From a virus: a DNA stretch of 36,827 bases. The translations under genes and the position numbers were made by a program. This document shows positions 33,081 to 36,827 of this stretch, one piece after another. Within the stretch, counting starts at the first letter, position 1; the number at the start of each line of letters is the position of its first letter. Under the pieces are notes generated by a model. It did not search any database. It had not been told where the DNA came from and was given only the letters and a program-made list of their open reading frames with translations. Location: the IMG/VR virus record IMGVR_UViG_3300029122_000022. The stretch is one strand, 5' to 3'.

Positions 33081-33220
33081 AAAGCGTTTCGGCGGCAACG
33101 TTTTTCAGCGGCAACGTTTTTCGGCGTTTCGTCTGCACGTTGTGATCGGATCGAAACGACGGTAAAGCGTTTCGGCGGCAACGTTTTTCGCCGTTTCGTC
33201 TGCACGTTGTGATCGGATCG
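33081..33220. repeat. Two ~57-bp direct repeats (AAAGCGTTTCGGCGGCAACGTTTTTCG[G/C]CGTTTCGTCTGCACGTTGTGATCGGATCG)
   Basis: Copy 1 is 33081-33153 and carries an internal 16-bp duplication of GCGGCAACGTTTTTC-type sequence. Copy 2 is 33164-33220. They differ by 1 substitution otherwise. Confidence 0.9.
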
Positions 33221-33246
33221 GGCCGATTATGCGGTGCGACGCGCGA

Positions 33247-33288
33247 TTCGGCGGATCGGCGGCCTACCCGCGACGCCGATCCGCCGAA
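33247..33288. repeat. Perfect 15-bp inverted repeat (TTCGGCGGATCGGCG-N12-CGCCGATCCGCCGAA)
   Basis: Arms at 33247-33261 and 33274-33288, checked base by base. Confidence 0.9.
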
Positions 33289-33370
33289 AAGCGAGAAAAC
33301 AGGCGAAAATCGCCGAAACGGCGAAAAGATCGGGACGCCTGGAAAATATTCTAAATGTCCGGTATTGTGG

Positions 33371-33441
33371 TGTTCCACGTGGAACGTCTATAAGTTGTTC
33401 CACGTGGAACGCCGATAAGTTGTTGAGTTTCAACAACTTAT
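33371..33441. promoter_or_regulatory. Operator-like array: 25-bp tandem x2, each containing the 14-bp palindrome GTTCCACGTGGAAC, followed by a 12-bp-stem hairpin
   Basis: Palindromes at 33372-33385 and 33397-33410. Hairpin is ATAAGTTGTTGA-GTT-TCAACAACTTAT at 33415-33441. Confidence 0.8.
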
Positions 33442-33490
33442 GTAAAAATGTTCAAAATGTCCGCATGATCCGGTCAACCTATTCCGATTA

Positions 33491-33515
33491 TAAGTTGCTG
33501 ATAACCAGCAACTTA
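33491..33515. repeat. 10-bp-stem hairpin (TAAGTTGCTG-ATAAC-CAGCAACTTA) sharing the ATAAGTTG motif
   Basis: Perfect inverted repeat. ATAAGTTG also occurs at about 33390, 33415 and 34032. Confidence 0.8.
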
Positions 33516-33550
33516 ACTTTTTAGGTACAGTCGAATTCCAAAATAGGGCC

Positions 33551-33605
33551 TTTTGACTAACTGCGCAACACACTAATTTACAGACATTTGCGCGGTTAGT
33601 CAAAA
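33551..33605 (+). ncRNA. Long hairpin (18-bp stem, 19-nt loop) of unknown function
   Basis: TTTTGACTAACTGCGCAA ... TTGCGCGGTTAGTCAAAA. The single non-Watson-Crick position is a G-U wobble only if transcribed from the plus strand. Confidence 0.35.
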
Positions 33606-33760
33606 ATAAGTGTGGGGATAAAAAAGGGGCTAAACTATTGATACTAAACAGATTGCAAAATGAAAAGTGAAAAAAGGACATTTAGAACAAAAAAAAGGGC
33701 ATTTAGTTGAATTTTTTTCTTCTTGGTTTTCAGACCTTTACACGATTTTCCCCCAGCGGT

Positions 33761-34218
33761 GTGGATATGAAACGGGCCTATTTCGGTTCGTTTTCAGCAC
33801 GTTACGCGCCTTTTGTTGGTGGTGGGATATGAAAATCGAAACTTTTTTAAGAAAATGACCGTTTTCGAAAAGTGCCGATTTTCCAGAAAAGTTTCGAAAA
33901 CTCGTTTTCATATCCCACTTTTTGGCACCGTATTGATTTTCAGTGATATACGTGTGTATATAAAAAAATTTAAAAACTATTCGACTGGTTTTCAAGCAGT
34001 TACATATCCCACCTTAATAGTCTGTAAATCAATAAGTTGTGAAAATTTTGTGGGTATGAAGATTTTTTATACCAAGCGGCCCGACGATAAGATTTTGTTA
34101 TACTTCCTGTGTATCAATACGTTACAAGAAAATCCGACTTTTAGAACAATCCGCAGCGGCCCGCCCGATCGATTGAAGCAACGGCCGGGGGGGTCTATAT
34201 ATATAATAGGTATGAAAA
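33761..34218. repeat. Dispersed iteron-like motif GTGGGATATGAAA (six copies, both orientations) in an AT-rich ORF-poor stretch
   Basis: Forward copies at 33761 (GTGGATATGAAA), 33822 (GTGGGATATGAAA), 34050 (GTGGGTATGAAG) and 34208 (AGGTATGAAAA). Inverted copies at 33906 (TTTCATATCCCAC) and 34001 (TACATATCCCACC). Confidence 0.7.
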
Positions 34219-34245
34219 TTTTTTTGCAAAAAAGTGGTCAAAAAA

Positions 34246-34277
34246 TTTGCATATCGTGAAAACGTTTAGTATATTTG
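34246..34277 (+). promoter_or_regulatory. Bacteroidota-type sigma-A promoter (-33 TTTG, 20-nt spacer, -7 TATATTTG)
   Basis: TTTG at 34246-34249 and TATATTTG at 34270-34277 match the TTTG-N19-21-TAnnTTTG consensus, 53 nt upstream of the ATG at 34330. Confidence 0.6.
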
Positions 34278-34329
34278 TGATGTCGGAAAGGAACAGGATC
34301 AGCCCCGACAAACTAAAAATTTTTAAGAT

Positions 34330-34572
34330 ATGAAAAAATACGAATCATTTGCTTATGCGCACGATGTTGCCGACGCATTCTATCCGGGACGGCTTTTCTA
34401 TTTCTGCAAAGGCCGAAAAACTTGCTACACGTTTATAGATGTAGTTGTAGAACATGCGGCTAACGGCTCGCAGCGCCTTATCGTCGTTTCGACGATAAAC
34501 GAAAAGACAGGGGTAACGTATAAGGTTATTCGGGAAAGCGACTACCGCAAAATCCCTGTCGTAGTTTACTAA
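34330..34572 (+). CDS. Hypothetical protein (80 aa), first gene of the early arm
   Basis: ATG ORF downstream of the consensus promoter. A GC-rich dyad follows it (34576-34628). Confidence 0.6.
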   Translation: MKKYESFAYAHDVADAFYPGRLFYFCKGRKTCYTFIDVVVEHAANGSQRLIVVSTINEKTGVTYKVIRESDYRKIPVVVY

Positions 34573-34681
34573 ATAGGTTTGCCGCCGAAACGTAAAGCGT
34601 TCGCCCGGGTCACGCCCGGCGGCGGCACAAACGCAAAAAGCGTCTAATTTACTTATTAACTAACTTAACACATTACGCATT

Positions 34682-35299
34682 ATGAAAAACGTAAAAAACA
34701 ACTCAGAACTCGCAGCCGTTGAGGCTGCAAACGTTGAGGCCGTCGCACCCGAAGAGGTTGCGCGTGAACTGTCCCCGATCGAAAAGAAGGCTGCCGCCGT
34801 GCTTCGCGCAAAGTTGCCGCACCTGTCTGAAAACGGCCTTAATTTTGAAAAGCGTACGGGAAACTTTTTCCGTGCGACGATTCAGACACAGGACGACGGG
34901 ACGGAAAAAGTGTCGCGTCTCGTCGTGGCTGATGCTGACATCAAAGGCATGACCGACGCGCTGGCCGCCGAAATGTCGATAAAGCGCGCCGCCGCCCGTA
35001 TCATGTCCGCCGAGTCGAACGCCGCGAAACTCGAAAAGAAGATCGAAGAGGCTCGCGCAGAGTTGGCCGCGCTCGAAGCCGAGAAGGCCGCCGCTGTTGC
35101 TGAACACGACAAGGCCGCCGCCGCCGTCGGAGCGTACGAGTTGCCCGAAAAGGCCGCCCGGGAAACGTTGTCGGCCAAGGCCGCCGCCGCCGAATCGAAG
35201 GCCGCCGCCGCCGAATCGAAGGCCGCCGCCGTGATGTCCGAGAACGAGCGTCTGCGCGCAATGCTGATTGCCGCCGGGCTTGACCCGGACAAGATGTAA
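34682..35299 (+). CDS. Ala-rich coiled-coil protein (205 aa), function unknown
   Basis: Long Ala/Glu/Lys helical region with a tandem AAAAESK x2. The antisense ORFs here are shadows of its GC-rich codons. Confidence 0.6.
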   Translation: MKNVKNNSELAAVEAANVEAVAPEEVARELSPIEKKAAAVLRAKLPHLSENGLNFEKRTGNFFRATIQTQDDGTEKVSRLVVADADIKGMTDALAAEMSIKRAAARIMSAESNAAKLEKKIEEARAELAALEAEKAAAVAEHDKAAAAVGAYELPEKAARETLSAKAAAAESKAAAAESKAAAVMSENERLRAMLIAAGLDPDKM

Positions 35300-35320
35300 G
35301 CCGGAACAACGCACAGCCGA

Positions 35321-35346
35321 AAAGCCGTCCCGAAAAGGGCGGCTTT
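35321..35346 (+). terminator. Stem-loop after the Ala-rich gene (AAAGCCG(T)CCC-GAAAA-GGGCGGCTTT)
   Basis: 10 bp with one bulge, followed by CCCGTTTATATTT. Confidence 0.45.
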
Positions 35347-35510
35347 CCCGTTTATATTTCGCCGATACGTACGGAAACGTACAAAGGTACGTACAGCCGC
35401 CCGGCGGCGAAATTTGCCCCGTTTCCCGCTTCAGGCGGGCGGCCCGGTCATGCTGGGCACGGGGCGCGAAAAAGCCGAACCGCCGTTGGTTCGGGAAAAA
35501 CTGTAAAACT

Positions 35511-36662
35511 ATGCATATAATTTTAGAAGATTTCGCCGCGTTTCGTGGCGGGCCGCGCGTTTTGTCTCTCCAAAGCAAAACGGCGGAAAATGGTGGTGGC
35601 AAAACCACGTTAGTAAATGCGTATTACTGGGCGTTAACCGGCCGCACGTTGAACGGTTTCGACGTTATCCCGGCCGGGGCTGACAGGCAAAACGTTTCAA
35701 CGGCCGTAACCCTTGAGGGCTTCGCCGGGTTGTCGATACGGCGTGAACTGACCCCGAAGGGCACGCAATTGTACGTGAACGGTCACGCCGCGACGCAAAC
35801 CGATTTCGTGCGGGCGATGATGGACAAAGGCGTGGACGTTGAGTTCGCGGCGGCGTGTGCCGACGTTAACGCGTTAGCCGATCCGCAAGTAACGGCGGAC
35901 CAGTTGCGCCGGGTACTCGTGCGGGCGGACGTAATGGACAACGGCGAGGCAGACCAGCTCCGCAAAACGTTGCGCACGTTACGTGCGGACAAAGAGACGG
36001 CAGAACGCTATGCGCTTGCAAACGTAACCATCCCCGTCGAAACGTGCGAACCTTTGAACGAGGCCGAGCGCGTTTTCCTCGACGCCTACAACCGTGCCGT
36101 GGAGATTGTCAAAGAAGGTACGGAGCGCGTATGTCCAACGTGCAAACGTGCCTACACAGCGGAGCACGTGCGGGAGACTGAATTTGTGTACTCCGAAGCG
36201 CGCACGGCGGTGGCGGAAAGCGGATCGGAGGCCGCGCGTGTCGCCGCAAAACTCGACGCGTACAACGAGGAGCAACAGCGTATCGCCGACGCGAAACGTA
36301 TGGTCGAAGCGTCGAAACACGCACGCGACAACGTGCGGGAGCTGGAGCGCCGGATAGCCGAAACGGAGGCCGAAATACGCGAGGCGGACCGCCGGGCCGT
36401 ACAGGCCGAACTCCCCGAAGGTTGGGCGCTCGTAACCGATAAAACGTTAAAAACGGGGCGCACGGCCGGAACGTTTACTTTGACGTACAACGGCGTGCCG
36501 CTTAAAAGTGTTAACAGAGCATCGCGCGTGAAATTATGTATAACTTTACTTTCATCTGCCCGTGCTTCGAGGGGTATGGACGAGTTCCCTATCATCGTAG
36601 ACAACGCGGAGAGCGTGCAGAACATCGACACTCCCAACGTCGTTCTGTTACGTGTCGGATAA
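35511..36662 (+). CDS. Compact Rad50/SbcC/SMC-like ATPase (383 aa from MHIILEDF)
   Basis: N-terminal P-loop ENGGGKTTLVNAYYWALTG, a central helical region with CPTC (zinc-hook-like CxxC), and C-terminal Walker B/D-loop-like FPIIVDNAES. Start chosen at ATG 35511, because the upstream part of the ORF track entry reads like non-coding sequence. Confidence 0.55.
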   Translation: MHIILEDFAAFRGGPRVLSLQSKTAENGGGKTTLVNAYYWALTGRTLNGFDVIPAGADRQNVSTAVTLEGFAGLSIRRELTPKGTQLYVNGHAATQTDFVRAMMDKGVDVEFAAACADVNALADPQVTADQLRRVLVRADVMDNGEADQLRKTLRTLRADKETAERYALANVTIPVETCEPLNEAERVFLDAYNRAVEIVKEGTERVCPTCKRAYTAEHVRETEFVYSEARTAVAESGSEAARVAAKLDAYNEEQQRIADAKRMVEASKHARDNVRELERRIAETEAEIREADRRAVQAELPEGWALVTDKTLKTGRTAGTFTLTYNGVPLKSVNRASRVKLCITLLSSARASRGMDEFPIIVDNAESVQNIDTPNVVLLRVG

Positions 36663-36728
36663 AACGTCCGGCGAACGAACGAGGCCCGCCCGATGCGGGT
36701 GATATGTTCTTTATCTTTCCTATAATAT

Positions 36729-36827
36729 AACGGTTAGCTCCGGAAAATAGAAACGTGCGGATCGTGCCCGCGCCGGAGCGCGAAACGTTCGAATAGTTCG
36801 AACGTACTTAAAAACTTAAACAAAATG
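36729..36827. repeat. Terminal overlap, copy 2 (re-reads early cassette A and the ATG of the first gene)
   Basis: Identical to 1-99. Ends in ATG, matching the start codon at 97-99. Confidence 0.95.

Noticed and set aside
32900-33436. Several 60-105-aa ORFs on both strands in the GC-rich part of the control region (for example 32900-33205 -, 32955-33212 +, 33061-33378 -).
   Set aside because: They are generated by the direct and inverted repeats, overlap each other on both strands, and encode Arg/Lys/Pro-rich strings. None has a leader like the real genes.
33813-34259. A 148-aa plus-strand ORF, and the neighbouring 33667-33858 and 33738-33995 ORFs, in the AT-rich region.
   Set aside because: The sequence is low-complexity and Phe/Lys/Ile-rich. 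The repeated GMKIF peptide simply reflects the GGTATGAARATTTTTT DNA motif. The start is non-ATG, and the ORF spans both motif orientations.
35268-35510. The N-terminal 81 codons of the 464-aa ORF track entry for the Rad50-like gene.
   Set aside because: This stretch covers the terminator-like hairpin and GC-rich dyads after the previous gene, and it reads as Arg/Pro/Gly-rich filler. The P-loop domain begins right after ATG 35511, as SMC-type ATPases do.
36700-36728. The TATAAT hexamer (about 36719-36724) and a near-consensus TATCTTTC just upstream of cassette A, as a promoter.
   Set aside because: There is no properly spaced -35 or -33 element. The other three cassettes lack this upstream context, so it cannot explain the shared cassette function.
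1-36827. A lysogeny module (integrase, excisionase, CI/Cro-type repressor, attP).
   Set aside because: None of the translated ORFs shows tyrosine or serine recombinase motifs or a classic repressor pair. The phage may be virulent. Small unknown early proteins could still hide regulators, so this is absence of evidence only.
1-36827. Apparent richness of ACGT-containing palindromes (ACGT, CGTACG, AACGTT) throughout the genome, as a possible modification or restriction-related signal.
   Set aside because: This may simply follow from the strong preference for CGT, ACG, GTA and TAC codons. I cannot quantify it against a proper null without computation, so only the much more extreme oriented octamer is reported.

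Overview
The window is essentially one complete tailed-phage genome. Bases 1-99 are repeated exactly at 36729-36827, so the unique sequence is 36,728 bp and closes into a circle; this is either an assembly overlap or a short terminal repeat.

Organisation:
(i) A plus-strand early/replication arm runs 34330->36662->(wrap)->97->13307. It carries several small unknown genes, a compact Rad50/SbcC-like ATPase, an MBL-fold hydrolase, a DUF2815-like SSB, a family A DNA polymerase, a primase-polymerase/VirE-type helicase, an HTH protein, a VRR-NUC nuclease, a Dps-like protein, a MazG-like pyrophosphatase and an SNF2 helicase.
(ii) A minus-strand late arm runs 32726->13358. It carries the large terminase, a lipoprotein/membrane-protein pair, the portal, a prohead protease-repeat linker-major capsid fusion, sheath, tube, a G/GT chaperone with a -1 frameshift, tape measure, baseplate genes, an M15 endolysin plus holin candidate embedded in the baseplate module, and a tail fibre.
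(iii) A ~1.6 kb ORF-poor control region (32727-34329), dense in repeats and palindromes, lies between the divergent arms. The arms converge on a perfect 18-bp bidirectional terminator hairpin (13306-13347).

I recognised no integrase, repressor, RNA polymerase, reverse transcriptase, CRISPR array or canonical tRNA. Shine-Dalgarno sequences are almost absent, leaders are A-rich, and there is one perfect TTTG-N20-TAnnTTTG promoter. Together these suggest a Bacteroidota host; this is inference only.

Most unusual signals:
- Four near-identical ~90-bp structured cassettes, each fused to the start codon of a different early gene.
- A strand-specific, about 20-fold over-represented octamer (ACGTGCGG) that is also part of those cassettes.
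- The iteron- and palindrome-rich control region.
- A protease-(SDPEPN)15-capsid fusion with a plausible internal start.
- A non-canonical tRNA-like cloverleaf between the tube and chaperone genes.
- A phage-encoded Dps-like protein.
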